The notes beneath the pieces are model-generated. The model was given only the letters and a program-made list of their open reading frames with translations, searched no databases and had not been told where the DNA came from. Made by a program: the position numbers and the translations under genes. A stretch of 63,983 bases of DNA, the filler included, from Saprolegnia diclina VS20 (taxonomy: Eukaryota): NCBI RefSeq assembly GCF_000281045.1. It is 3 parts of one record of this genome, joined end to end, with 100 filler letters (N's around TTAATTAATTAA, not from the genome) between each part and the next. Parts side by side here need not be neighbours in the genome. Positions count along the whole stretch, not along the records: positions 1 to 16,327 come from NW_008246103.1; 2 more parts are not named here. The stretch is one strand, 5' to 3'. Numbering within the stretch: position 1 is the first letter of the stretch; the number at the start of each line of letters is the position of its first letter. Shown here one piece after another: positions 1 to 13,052 of the stretch.

Positions 1-1034
1 TTGAAATTCAGTGCAGTCGACCCTCGGAGGGTAGTACACAAGTAGTAGCTTTGTGGAGACTGCAGTCGCTGGCGGTAAATGGGAGGCACCCGGGGAGAAG
101 CTCCGGGGAGGCACCAAATTCCTCGCCAGCGCCAATCAAGTGCCATGACGCACCGGCGCGTCATCGACAATGCTAGCTATTGCTTTCAGCGATCCCATTT
201 GGCTCTTGCCGTGAAAAATGCAGCGACAAATATGGGTGGACGCAACCAACTCAAGCCAAGATCTCCAAGATCGCTCGAGCCACGGCGACGACAGCGACAC
301 GCGTCGTGACGTTTGCGCGCTTGCGTCCGTGTCCTCGGCGTGAGCTACTCTTGACTATTCGTACCGACGGGAGTGACGTCCACCGCCCCTCGTCGCTCAC
401 GTTGGCTGTTCCGTCAACGACCATTACGGCCTTTCTGAGTTTGCCCTTTGAGCTTGCACCGTCCATCCTTCGTCGTGTGGTCAGTGGCCAGACATGATGA
501 GCTCGAAAGGGACGAGATCTTCGCAATCAAGTCGCTCGCGTCGCTGCTACAGCGGCCGACCGCAGCCAATGACGTGACGGTCCGTAGAGGCTGACACACT
601 TGTGGTGGCGCCAAAAATCAGCAACCCGTTGTCCATATTCAATAAAATGTGCGTTTCTATTGCATTTCTCTATGCAAATAGAATAAAATACAAAGCAGGA
701 AATTTTTATATCGAAGTTCGAACTTCATAGACAGCCTGCAGATTACATGGGTCCGATTCCGTCCACCACCTCGCCGCCTCGCACGCGGTCGCCGCCACCG
801 ACCCCAACGATGGCATCGACCCTATATCTACTGATCGGCGGAGGCTTCTTGGTGGCGCGACGCTGACGGGTACATTGGCAGGAGCGACGAAAGTTGTGGC
901 ATGTCGCGGACCAACTCGAAGCGAAAATCGAAGTTCAGAGTGCAACGGCCTCGAGCCAGGCTGCGTTAGTATCAGTCGCAGAGTCTTGGATCCGCTGGCA
1001 GCACCACTTCACTCCTCCATCACCGCGACGCAGC

Positions 1035-1760
1035 ATGACCGGCGGGCAGACGATCTTCAAGGGCCTCTTGGGCCTCGACGACTGGATATGGTGGATCATC
1101 ATCGGCGGCGTCGCCTTCCTCCTCATGCTCCTCATCGTGTGCTTCTGCATCTGCATGCGGCGCGCCCGCGCCAAGGGTCGCCGTGACGCCGAAGAGGCCA
1201 TGCAGGAGCAGCGCGAGGCCGAGGCGCGCGTTCGCATGCTCGAGGAAGCGCAAGTTGCGCGCCAGCAGCGCGAGCAAGCGCAGCGACACCAAGATGAGCA
1301 GTTCCAGCACAAGCTATCCATGTCGACGACGTCGTCCAGCGCGTGGCAGCAGCCCAACCCGTACAACGCAACGGCGTATGGCCGCACGAGCGAGCCGGGC
1401 TTGTATCGCCCGCCGTCCGCGGGGCCCCACGGCTTTGTGCTGCACGACGCCGAGGCGCCATACGCGAGCCTCCAGTCGCCCAACCACAACAACCTCCATG
1501 GCCGTATCCAGAACCCCAAGACGCGCGACGACTCGTATGCGTCGACGGCCGGCCGACCACTCAACGACTCGAGCATGAGCGCCGACATCATCGACTACTC
1601 GGTCCAAGGCACGTATCTCTCGCCGCGCTCCAAGCAAAAGCTGTACAGCGACCTCGACCGTCGGCAGTCGCCGCACCGCAAGTCGGACGCGACCGACTTT
1701 GAGCTCGACGTCGACCACCCGGCCGAGCGTGTACCAAGCCACCGGTCGATCGAGTTTTAA
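1035..1760 (+). CDS. Single-pass membrane protein (N-terminal TM, Cys-rich juxtamembrane, coiled coil, disordered tail)
   Basis: ATG 1035 in ORF 894..1760; hydrophobic WIWWIIIGGVAFLLMLLIVCFCIC followed by basic RRARAK; GC3-rich codon usage. Confidence 0.75.
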   Translation: MTGGQTIFKGLLGLDDWIWWIIIGGVAFLLMLLIVCFCICMRRARAKGRRDAEEAMQEQREAEARVRMLEEAQVARQQREQAQRHQDEQFQHKLSMSTTSSSAWQQPNPYNATAYGRTSEPGLYRPPSAGPHGFVLHDAEAPYASLQSPNHNNLHGRIQNPKTRDDSYASTAGRPLNDSSMSADIIDYSVQGTYLSPRSKQKLYSDLDRRQSPHRKSDATDFELDVDHPAERVPSHRSIEF

Positions 1761-1829
1761 TACATATATTTCGTTGTTTCCAGTCGGCGTCCATCGTCGA
1801 CACGGCGCGTCACACCGAGAGCAGGTGCG

Positions 1830-2674
1830 TCACCACCACGCGTGCTTGGTTGCGTGACTGCGCGTCGTTGCCCGTGGCGTCGCGTCGCCCGTCGGGAGTG
1901 GCTGGTGCATGGCCATCGCGGCGCGATCGAGGAAGAGGTTGAAGCGCGACCAGTCCAGCGTGCACTGGAGCGCGCTCTACACGAAGGCGCATAATTAAGC
2001 GCGTCATATGACGTTGTACGTACGGCGTCAATGGCCTCCATCTCAAAGTATTGCATGGGCGACGACCGCTTCATCGTCGACGTCACAAGGTCGTGCTTGT
2101 TGCCAACGATGAGCGTCGGGAGCTGCTGCACCTAGCGCATCTTTGTCGCCTTGGTTCAACAGAAAATGGCTACCGATTGGTAGCGAGCGTCGGCAAAGAC
2201 GTCGCCGCGCACGCGCTGGGCCGCGTTGAGCTCCCTAGAAGCTCAGCCATGATCGACGCTGCTGCAAGAGGCCCTTCGTACGCGATCCACTTCTTGAGGT
2301 TGGTGTACGACCGCTTGTTGCTCGCGTCGTAGACAAAGATGAGCCCTATCGCAGCATTCGCACGTTCACCTTGGGCGCCGATGATGGCAGACGTACCGTG
2401 GAGCTGGTGGTAAAAGGCGGCGCGACTCAGCTCGTACCGCGGGTGCCCACCGACATCGATAAACTCGACAAAGGTCTCGTTTTGCCGCATCTACACCACG
2501 GTGCATGAGCCGCCACCGCCGCCGTCGCATCGCGCATACAAGCACTTGGGTCGTGCAGCCGACCGTCCATGACGGCTGGCGCAGGCTCGCGCCTTGACAG
2601 ACAAAGTGCACCAGCGACGACTTGCCGACGCCCGAGTCGCCGACGACCCCGATCCGGACCGTGCTCCCGTCCAT
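1830..2674 (-). CDS. RABL3: Rab-like protein 3-type small GTPase (multi-exon)
   Basis: G1 GDSGVGKS, WTVGC, DVGGH, IFVYDASNKRSYTNLKKW and G4 GNKHD spread over ORFs 2366..2674, 2170..2490 and 1757..2131; spliced last exon ends ...KHAWW-TGA at 1830; no CAAX. Confidence 0.8.
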
Positions 2675-2687
2675 GCCAAGTGCGGCG

Positions 2688-2745
2688 TATCCGGAACTCC
2701 CATCCTATCCGGACAACCTCCTATCCGGACACCAGCGTATCCGGA
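2688..2745 (-). promoter_or_regulatory. Four copies of TATCCGGA directly upstream of the RABL3 start
   Basis: Copies at 2688, 2706, 2722 and 2738 (spacing 18/16/16), 14-71 bp from ATG 2674. Confidence 0.55.
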
Positions 2746-2973
2746 TTACGTGGCAGTCCGTCAGGCAAAGGGCTTCTGTCCGCACGCCAACGAATGCTGC
2801 TGCTGCCTCTGTCGTCATCTCCGTGTGTAGGCCATAGTAGGTAGCGCTGCTCGTGGCGGCGCCAAGGAGGTACGAGCTTCCTCGTCAGCCACAAGATGCG
2901 AAACACGAACATAGCTGGATTGGGGCATCTCGGCACTGGCCTATCATGGCGCCAGGGTCGAGGGAGCTTAGGA

Positions 2974-5900
2974 CTAGACGTCTTCGGCGTACGTCGACGA
3001 CTTGGAGATGAGCACAGGGAGGGAAAACTCTTGGCCGGACGCAATGCGCGAGTCAATGTCGATGGCTTCGACGCGAAAGTTGAGCCACCTACGCCGCCCC
3101 ATGAGCCTCTGGGCGGATCCTCGAGGACAACGACATACTCTTTTGTGGCTTGGACCGTGTACGGCAGCAGCGTTGACGCAACGTTCTCGACGCTGGCCGT
3201 GTGCAGCCCCGAGATGCCTTCGAGCTTGTCGTTGAGCACGTCCCACTTGGCTTCGGCGCTCTGCTCGTTGCTGAGCTTGGACTTTTCCTTTTGCTTGTCT
3301 TCTGTCTCGGCCGCGTTCTGCGACAGCACTTCGATCCACTCGCGGCGCTCGTCAAACGACGGCGCACAGAGCTGGAGGCGCGCGGTCGGGCCATTGTCGA
3401 CGTAAAAGCAGTTGAAGAGGATCGTGCGGCTGCCGTTGCTCTGGTCGATCTGGTTGGCCATCTCGCCAATGCGCGCGCCAATGACGTTGATCTCGCGCTT
3501 GACATTGCCGCTCTCGCTGTCGGCGTACCCGAGCTTGTTGTTGCGCAGTGAGAAAAACTTGGGCTTCCACTGGTTCTTGTACAGGAAGCCTTGCTTGAGC
3601 AGCGACCCTTTCTTCTTCCACGTCACCGGCGTCGAGAGCGGCGTCGACGCGACGCCCTTTGTCTTTTCGTCCGAGAGCTTCTCGGCGTAGACTTTGGCGG
3701 CCACGTACACCGACTCGAGGAGCCGGTGGTACGCAACTTGGATCTTTGGGTCCATCTTTGTCGACCCGCTGAGCTCCTTGCGCGAGAAATCTTCCGAGAC
3801 CGACCGCGTCTTGCGGTCCTTCCGACTCGACTCTTCGTTGAAGCTGCGCCGGCTGCTCGAGTCGCCGGTCGGCGTGTTTGCGCCCGAGTTGGACGCCGAG
3901 TGGAAACCGCGCGAGTAGCTCCCGTTGGGCGACGCAACCGTGATCGTGACGGTCGTCGGCGACTGCGCTTGCCGCGGCGATGAGCTCCACATGGCCCGCG
4001 GCGACGACGAGACCGAGCTCAGGCGTTTCGAGACCGACTCGATGATGTTGCTCGCGCTGTAGCTGCGCGAGCGCTTCTCGGCCGGCATGTCGTCAGCGCC
4101 GAGGGACGAGGTAAAGTCGGCGCCGACCGCGTCAATGTACCGGCGGCTGTGGGGCGGGGTGTCGACAAACGACGACCCGCGCTGCGTCCAGCCATGCGCC
4201 TTCATGGCCCGGAACGCAATCAACGTGTGGAAGAAGTGGCGCACTTCGCTGTGCCAGTGCAGAAAGAGCTTGAAAAACGTCGACGGCGTCGCGAGCTCGG
4301 ACCGGAGCTTGTCGGCGTGCCGCTCCGGGAAGCAGTCCCACGTGTTGTAGAGGAACTCGAGCGTCGTGAGCAAGATCTGCGTGTGCTCCGACTCGAGGAG
4401 GATGTGCAGCGCCGAGCAAAGGAACCGAAAGTCAAACGTCGGCGGGAGGAGCGACACTTCGTCGCCCGCTGGAATCGAGTACTGGGCGTCTTGGTGAAAG
4501 TTCCACCGGTCGTTGTTCTCGAGGTGCGAGAGCCGGTACGACGAGAGGCGGACGCGCCAGCTCCGGATCATGTACATCCACACGCCGAGGAGCTCGACCA
4601 CGCCAATGACCGCGGGGATGTCGTGGACGTTGGTCGACGAAAGCAAGAAGGTCGTCATCGGGTTGATGATGGTCGGGTTTGCGAGCATCGTACACGAGAG
4701 CTTGTACAACGTTGGGGGCAGCCACCCCGACTTTTGACCCTTGAGCTCCAAGAAGAACACCTTGAGCACTTGCGCGTACCCGGGGAGGTGGACCCACCCA
4801 ATCTTCTGATGCAGCACCGCGAGCGTGTCGAGCACATACCACAGCCATTGGTCGAGCAGCAAGATGTTGAGCGTGTTGGTCTCGTTGGGCAGGCGACGGA
4901 ACCGCGCGCGGTACGCCTCGCCGACAACCTCGTACTTGTCTTCGGCGTCGTCTTCCTGCGTCTTGAGCACCTTCTCGCCGTACGCATCGCAGAGCGCCTT
5001 GTGGAACCGACGCCAATCTAAGTGCGCTTCGAGACCGTCCATCGCAAACAGGTCCGCATCTAGCCACGGAATCGTCAGAAGTTCTCAAGGTGGAAAGAGG
5101 ATATGGTTGATAGGACGCACCTGCGTTCATCTCAAACTCCTCTGTGAGCTCTTCGACCGGCTCCATGTACGACTCGGCCCAGAGCGAGTAGAGCTCGACG
5201 CCAAAGCTTGGAAGGCGAAAGCAGAGCACCGAGAGCATGCGGGCGACGAAGAACATAAAGTTGTTGTTCATGACGCCGCGCACGGACACGGCTTGGAGCA
5301 CGCAAAACTTGGTTTCGACGAGCATCGAGCGCAATTTCAAGCCAAATTCGAGGTCTTTCTTGGCCGTCTTGTCTTGGTGGCGGAAGAGCCCGACCGCCGC
5401 CGGCGTCACCGAGTCGAACCCGAGCAGCGGCAAGTCGCTGAGCTCGGCGCGCTTGACGAGGTAGAAGAGCAGCTCGTAAAAGATGTTGCGCAGTGCATAG
5501 TGCCGGACGCGAATGTTCTCGAGCAGAAACTGCCACAGGCGCAGCAAAATCGCTTTGGTCTCATCGAGCGCTTCGGACGACGCGTAGACCCACGAGAGCA
5601 TCGACGCCTTGTGCGACACTTGGAGCATGCGCAGAATCTTGGTCGCCTTGCGGATCTTGCCTTCCTTGTCGTCCTTGGCTGTGTTGGACATGAGCTCGAT
5701 CAAATCTTGCATCTTTTCAAGGATCCGCTGCGCTTCGATCGGGATGATGACCTTGGACTTGGACTTTTTGAGGTTTTGGGGCAGCCCGACAATGACGCTC
5801 GACGACGACGAGATGCCATTTTCCGAAATGACGCCGCTCCGGAGTTGCCGGACGTCTGGGATCTTTGTAAAGAGGATCGTGCCGTGGATGACGCCGACCT

Positions 5901-7353
5901 GGTGGCCCTTGAGCGTCAAATTTTGCTCAAACCGACTCGTGACGCTGTTGTCGAGCTGCATTTGGAGCATGAGGAGCTCCGACTCGCGGTCCTTGGTTTC
6001 ATGGCGACGCCGAATGCGCTCCTGGAGTGCGTCTTCAAAGAGCTTTTCGAGCGAGAGCCAGCTCTGGCCAAAGAGCACCGTGTTGGGCATCTCGGCGTCC
6101 AAGATTACGTCTTCGTCCGTCTCGGCCTAGTCGCATGGATATATATGAGACCCGCCATCAACGCAAGGGCAAGGACGTACGAGCTCCTTCTTGTACTTGT
6201 CGTACATGACAAGAAAGCCATTGTCCGTATCGGACGACATTTGGCCGCGACCGCCCGAGAGATTGCGCACCTACGCACCACTGAGCATGACAATATGGTC
6301 AAGTGGTACCTCGAGCTTGAGCGTCGCCGACATGAGCTCGTCAAAGGTCGAGTAGCGCGTAATCGCCGGGAGGTGGTCCGCCGCCGACGTCCACTCGACA
6401 TGGATCGGGTCTTCGTTCATGGTCGTGAGCGAGTCGGCGGCCGACGGGGCGGGCGGCGGCATGATTGTCTCGTCGTCGTGCAGGACGGCCGTCGTGGTCG
6501 TCGTCGACGACGTCCGGGACATGGGCCGCGCCGAGAGCACCTTGAGGCGCGCAAGCGACTGGAAACTGATCTGGTCGACATCTTCGATCGCGATGCGTTC
6601 GGCGGGTTTGAGCGTGTTGCCGAGATGGAACGACTCGGACGTGCCGATCGTGCACTTGTACGAGACGGCGTACTTTTTCAGCGGCAGCGACGAGTCTTCT
6701 TGGAGATCGTGGCCCTCGGGTCGGTCGATCTCGTTGCCAATGGCCGGCATGACGAGACCGACGTCGCTCACGCAGATGCTCCAGTTGTTGCACTGTTCCA
6801 TGTAGCAGTTGAAGACGACGCGGCCGTTCGTGCAGCCTTCGAGGTGGTGGTCGTGATGGACCGGGCCGGTCGCGATCGAGAGCAAGTCGACGACCGCCGA
6901 CCCGATGAGCGTCTTGCTCTGGAACGTGCGGCTGCTAAAGACCTTGATGCTGCACTTGCGCTCTTTGAGCATCGCCACGCTTTCCTTGTACTCGAACGCG
7001 ATCGTCACGCCCTTGTACGTCGGGTTGAGATCGGCCTTGATGACCGGCGTCGTGAATGGCATGTCCATGCCATCCCAGTAAAACTCGACAAACGGATCCG
7101 ACTTGCCGCCAAACTTGCGCGACTCGAGGTTGCGGCACTGGATGCCCGAGATGCGCACGCGAAACATGCACTCGGCCACCGAGAGCCCGTGCTCCTGGAA
7201 GATGGAGCGCAGTAGCTTGGGCGACTTGGTCGGGCTCTGCGGCCGGCCGATGCTGAGGTGCTCGCCGTACTCCATGGTCGCATGGCTGAGGCGGAACGAG
7301 TCCACGGGGTGGGGCTGCGTGATGGACGCCCGCGTCGCTTCGGGCGACGCCAT
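2974..7353 (-). CDS. Large multi-exon protein: N-terminal C2 domain(s), DUF1765-like helical region, C-terminal PH domain
   Basis: C2: FRVRISGIQCRNLESRKFGGKSDPFVEFYW; DUF1765-like: LEFLYNTW...FFKLFLHWHSEVRHFFHTLIAFR; PH: KKGSLLKQGFLYKNQWKPKFFSL...ERREWIEVL; exons in ORFs 6271..7377, 4432..6102 and 2721..5042, last exon ending TAG 2974. Confidence 0.75.
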
Positions 7354-7379
7354 CGTCCGTGTAGTAACGAATCCCAAAC

Positions 7380-7700
7380 TGGCCGCAGCCGCCGGTGGGC
7401 GGTGGTGAGCTGCGCTTAATTAGCTGGCCAATCACAACGCCTTTTACCATACGATGGCCAATGAGCGACGCGGATTCCCTTTTTCATTAGCTGGCGAATG
7501 GTCGATGGCGAAAGATTGTTTTTTAGCCAATGAGGTGCAGAGTAGCAAAGTACCCAAGTCACGTTTTTCCCATTGCGACAAGGATGCATAGAAAAGGAGG
7601 CACCGAGAACACCCACTTTGGTGAAACGACGTGAGCACGTGGTTTTTTGGCCAATCAAAAGCCGCGGACAAGTGACCACACACCCGCGATCTTCTCGAGG
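7380..7700. promoter_or_regulatory. Bidirectional promoter with multiple CCAAT boxes
   Basis: GCCAAT at ~7427, ~7457, ~7526 and ~7650 between divergent ATGs 7353(-) and 7709(+). Confidence 0.55.
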
Positions 7701-7708
7701 AAGCCCGC

Positions 7709-10700
7709 ATGGAACGTCGCCCGCCTGCCATGCACGTGCTCGTCGTGCTGCTCATGCTGGCGGCTGCGATGGCCATGTTCATGACGCCGTACGAGACCAT
7801 GCGCGAGCGGTACCGCGCCAACGACATGGCTGGCCTCGAGCGCGCAGCGCGCGACGTGCTGGCAGCGACGAACCACGACGACGCGCAGCGCAGCCTCGCC
7901 TACGAGCTCTTAGGCGTCGCGCAATATACGCTTGGAAATCTGCCAGCAGCGACCGCCACGTTTCGCACCGGCGTGCGCTGGTTTCCCGACCATGCCGCCA
8001 TGTGGCTGCATCTGGGCGACTGCTACTTGGGCCAGCTCAAGATGCCACAGGCGCTCCGCGCCTACGAAGTCGCGATTCTCGAGAAGCGTCTGAGCAACGA
8101 CGTGATCAAGCTCTTCAAGGCACGCAATTGGGTTGCCAACTGGACTGACCACGACCGTGTTGCCGATGAGGTGCGCGCGATGGTGCTCCGCGGTTTGTCG
8201 CAGGTACATAGCACAACGTGGCTGTCCCATCTGGGCAGCATCTTTGTGACCTTCTGACGTGGCACGCGGAGGGCACTTTACTCTCCAACATTGTCGCGGC
8301 CGACTGCTACGATCTCTCGCCGGCAGCGACGCTCGCGCTTGCTCGCCACGCCCTTGCGGCGCAGAGCAGCTCGCACCAGATGCCTCCTTGCGACACGACG
8401 ACGTCAATCACGCAGCTGAAACTCGGTACGGACGTCGTTTACGGACCAGATTCGCATCGCTACACAGGATTCATCTCGTCCGACTTTGGTCTCCATCCTG
8501 TTGCAACCCTTGTGCGGGGCCTCGTGTCCTATCTTGAGCGCGATTCTCGCTTCGAGGTATGTCCTTCGTATCGCCAGAGATGACGAGCCATCGTCCTGGC
8601 GTAGGTCTACTGCTTTGCCCTCTCGGACCAAGGCAGCTGGTGGCGTTCCAACATCACAGACGGGGTCCATGCCATGGTGTCGCTCACGGGCTTGAGTACG
8701 GTGGAGGCTGCTACGACGATTCATGCCCACGGTATCCACGTCTTGGTCGACCTCAACGGCCATACGCTGCACTCGGGACTGCCGATCCTGAGCCATCGCC
8801 CCGCGCCGGTCCAGGTTGGCCCCCATCTGCCATTCCCACTATCCATATCTCGCATGGGTAGATGAGTTTTCTCGGCTTTCCGCAAACGACGGGCGCCAGC
8901 TTTATCGACTACTTTGTCGTCGACGCGATCGCGTCACCGCCTCGCATGGCCAATAGCTTTTCCGAAAAGCTTGTGTACCTTCCGCTGAGCTACATTGTCA
9001 ACGATCACAAGCAGGTACCGTTGTGGCCACCAACGGCGTCTGCGAGATCGACGCCTAGCTCATGTTCCACGTGACGTCGCAAGCCCCACCCTCGCGCGAC
9101 GACGCCAAGCTGCCCGCCTCGCCCTTTGTCTTTGCCACCTTTAGCAACTGGCAAGTCGGTGGTGTATTCGACGACAAATCGCGTTTGAACAGAGTTTTGC
9201 ACGCTAGAAAATGGACCCGACGCTCTTTGGCGTCTGGATGCGCGTGCTGCGTCGCGTCCCATCGAGCGTTCTCTGGTTCATGCAGTACTCGGTCCATTAT
9301 TTTTGTTTTTTGTGCAAATTTACGGAATTTGTTGGTAGGGACACGAGGCAGCGCGGGCCAACTTGGTGGGCGAAGCAGTCGCCCAGGGCGTCGACGGGTC
9401 GCGCTTGGTCTTTACGGCGCTGAGTCCATGGATCAATCATACGTGGGTACCCGCGCCTTGGTTTCTGGCGTTTGTATCAACTTGATACGTTAGGTCAAAC
9501 AAGCCGCTGATGTCGTGCTCGACACGACGTTCAAGAACGGACATACGACGCTCGTCGATGCGCTTTGGGCAGGTACGACACCGTCGTCGTCGTGACGTCC
9601 TATGACGTCGTATAGGCGTCCCCGTTGTGACGCTCGAAGGCGACCGCATAAGCAATCGCGCTGGCAGCTCCGCCACGGCCTCGGTACACGCACGTACGGT
9701 GGCATCGCTTGCTCACACATGTAGCTGCACCACGAGCTCCACGCTGTCATGACGACCCACTCGCTGAAAGAGTACGAAGACACGGCGGTCTTACTCGCCC
9801 AGTCGCATGCCCTCCGTCGGCGCCTCCGCGATGCTATTCAAAGCAACCGGTGCAGTGCACGCTCTCTTGCTGTCGATTCCAACACCTTGGTGCAGGACAC
9901 AAAGTCTTCTCTTCGACACGCAAGCGTTTGCCACGTACTTTGGCGACGCCATGGTGGCGGCGTGGGACCGCAAAGCCGAGCGTCCGACGCACATCGCCGT
10001 GCCCTTGTTTGCACCCCGAGCTCCGTCGACACCGCCCACCAGGCATGCTCCGACGCCCAGAAAGCCAACACTCGACCAAGCGCCGATCTTGCTGCACATT
10101 GGCGGCCACGCACAGCGCGACGGCTGGCAACTTGTCAACATTCAGCACGTTGGCGCGACGATGCCCGATGCGAGAAGCGACATGCCGTCGCTGCACCGAT
10201 TCGCCACGAGCTCGGTATACGCGATGCAAGAGGCAGGAACGAGCAACGATGTGGTGTAGGTCACGGCCATTTACTCATCGCATGCACTCGAACACGTCGG
10301 GCACGGCGCCGACGCGTCGTATGCGGTCACCAAAGCGCTTGCCGAGTGGTTTCGTGTCCTTGTACCGGGCGGCGCGCTCTACTTGTCGGTGCTCGACTTG
10401 AGCGTGCTTGCCTCACTGCTCCTGGACCCGACGCTGACGCTGTTAGAGCAGCACCGCGTGATGCGCATGATCTACGGCGGCCAAGACGACGCCTACGACT
10501 ACCACAAGGTCGGGTTTACGCTCCCGATTTTGCGCAGCTACCTGCTCGACGCGGGCTTTTGCAGAGTCCAGCGCGTCCGTTCGTTTGGTCTCTTTGCCGA
10601 CACGAGCGACCAAGTGTACCACGGCCGCGCCATCAGCCTCAACGTCGTTGCGACTGCGTGCAAGCTCGGCGTGGCCGTGGATGTAACCCTACCCACGATC

Positions 10701-10718
10701 AAGTACTGGACCGACTAG
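7709..10718 (+). CDS. TPR + GT41 (OGT/SEC-like) glycosyltransferase with N-terminal signal peptide and C-terminal class I SAM methyltransferase-like domain (multi-exon)
   Basis: Hydrophobic HVLVVLLMLAAAMA; TPRs; GT41 motifs GFISSDFGLHP, IHVLVDLNGHT, RPAPVQ, GFPQTTG, FSEKLVYLP, NDHKQ, FATFSNWQK, NGHTT..DALWAG; C-terminal LHIGG, SSHALEH, EWFRVLVPGG, ISLNVVA. Confidence 0.85.
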
Positions 10719-10805
10719 CCATTTTGTTTCTCCTTTTTAAATGTTTAAATGTGTATTGATACTTGATCACTTGATACATTTGGTGGATCGAGAGGGTCGA
10801 GCAAT

Positions 10806-12600
10806 TTAGCGATGACGGGGCTTGGCTTGCAAGACAGACGGGACGCCGGGCGCGTCAAAGTCCATGGCCACCATACCCGTAGCGCGCAGCGACGCCACGT
10901 TGGCCGACCGTCCGGTGAGCGGCGCCGACACTTGTCGAGGGACTACGGACGCAGGGCGCTTGGCCGGCGCCGAGACGCGGCGGGGCACTACAGTAACACG
11001 CTCGATAATCACAATACCCGAGGTGTTGTTGTGTACTGGTGGCAAGCGACGGCGGCGGTACGGCCGGGCGCGATAACGTTGCCGGACTCGTTGGTGGCGC
11101 CGACTTTGACGTCGACTGGTGTTGCGTCATGAACTGCATGAGGTTGGCATTCTTGCGCTTGGCACCAATGCCCAGCATCTTGGCCCTACACCACTGTTAG
11201 GAGACGCTATCCGTGACGCACGCGCGTCATGTAGCTTCCTACACAATCGACTTTTGCGCGATCGACGAGCCTTTGGCTGGTGGTTGGGCCAGTGACGCTT
11301 TGAGATCGTCGATGGTTGACGGCTTGAAGTTGGCAGCCGAAGGCGTCGTCAGCTTGTGCTTCTTGTGCGCGTGCAGTGCCACATCACCGATGGCCGAGAC
11401 AACGGTGGCTGGTGGCGTTGACGACGTGAGCAAATGCGTTGCTGCTTTGCGTTTGGGTGCAACCTTCTTGGCCGCGCGTTCGGGGGCTATAGCAATGGAA
11501 TAGTATCAACTTGATACTATTCTGGTGAGGTACCGTAAGAGCCGGACGAGAGGTTGCGGACACCGTCGCCGTCCTTGAACACGTCATTTCGAAAGGTCTG
11601 CGCCGAGTTGAGCTCTTGCCGCCCTTTGCCCGCTTCTTTGAGGCGCTGGGCCAAGTGAATGACACAGTAGCGCGACTAGAACGTGGTTAGGGTTACTAGG
11701 CGTCGATCTGGTAGGACCTTGGCCATGTTGACGGCGATCTTGCATTGTCGGCCGCCGAGGGTATAGCTCTGGCAGTACCCAAAGTCCAGCGACGTACCTA
11801 CGTAGTCCATGAAGAGCATATTGTCACAGGATTCGTGTCCAACAAAGTGTACCAATCATGGCAATGTCGTGGCCGTCAGATACCTTGAGAGCAAACTTGC
11901 CCGTCTCGCGCGCAGGCAGTACAACCGGGTTGATGACGGCCACGAGTCGTCCCGTGCTGCCCTATTACCACAAACGATCAAAGTCGATTGTCGGCATTTA
12001 TAACTAGTTTGAAATAGGATATAGATATTATACCTTCCAGTGCGCCTCGTACGCATCGTTGTAGAGGAAGAGACTCACGATGCAGTTGTCGAGGTCTGAG
12101 ATGGTCCAGACAACGTATTTTTTTCCGTCGGGCAAAGTGAGGTGGTTGGCGTTCGTGACGACGCCGATCGTCACCCAATCGATATCTTCGTTTTCGAGGC
12201 GGCTCAGGTGCTTGGACTCGAGCTCGGCGAGGCGCACATTTGTTCGACCTTCCATGTTGGCGCGCATGTCGTCGGCCGAGATGACCCGGTCGCGCACGCG
12301 CAGCTGGGAAAACTCTTCGGCTGACGACATGTCGAGGTCCGACGGCGCCGCTTTTGTTTGCGTAAAGCCAAACTTGTTGCTCTCGAGCTCGGCCTCGAGA
12401 CCGATCGTCGCGAGCGGCTGCGGCTGCGAGATGTTGGTGTAGTAGGGCGCGGGCGTCTTGTGGGCAGGCTTGGCCTTGCGGCGCGGCGGTGCTGCGCTCT
12501 CGCGATATGGGACATCAGGCACGCTCGAGACAACGCTGGCGGCCGACGGCTCGCTCTTGATCTTGATGAGCTCGGCCCAGTTCCACTTTTCGTCGCCCAT
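10806..12600 (-). CDS. MCM10: Replication factor MCM10 (multi-exon)
   Basis: EEFSQLRVRDR, DWVTIGVV, KYVVWTISDL...VSLFLYNDAY OB-fold core followed by a Cys/His zinc-finger exon (~11660-11800); 3' exons approximate. Confidence 0.8.
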
Positions 12601-13052
12601 CGTGTCAAGCTTGCTGCTATTGGCTTGGCGGTCGGTGCTGCTATCCGGACAAGTCAAATTTGGCTTTTCCGCGGGAGCCAAACAAAGCCAATCGAGCGAG
12701 ATAACACCACAGCATGCGCCATGCGTACCTACAGACTTATTCTAATAGCTTGGACTGTGCATGAAGAGTATACGCTGGTCTTCTCGCCGGACAAAAGAGC
12801 GCATGGGCATGGGCAAGGAGGCGCCTGTGCACAGCCTGTGTATGGGTGTGGTAATCTAAAAACACCCAAACAAAGATAGAGTCGATGGCTTTCGCTGCGG
12901 ACGAGACTGTGCCGCCGCGTGGGCACCATGCCAAAGACATCGAATACGTATGTATATCCATGTTGTGAGTTTGTAGACCAACTGGATGCGAAGGATGCTC
13001 GTTCTGTCGACACAGTCCAGACGTAACGTTGGGTGTGAATAGCGTGGGCGCG

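Noticed and set aside
1..700. Short ORFs at the window start
   Set aside because: No motifs or coding bias; treated as intergenic
4825..7215. 796-aa plus-strand ORF (also 33305..34831, 37700..39238 and 42164..43258)
   Set aside because: Antisense shadows of real GC3-rich minus-strand genes; no domain motifs
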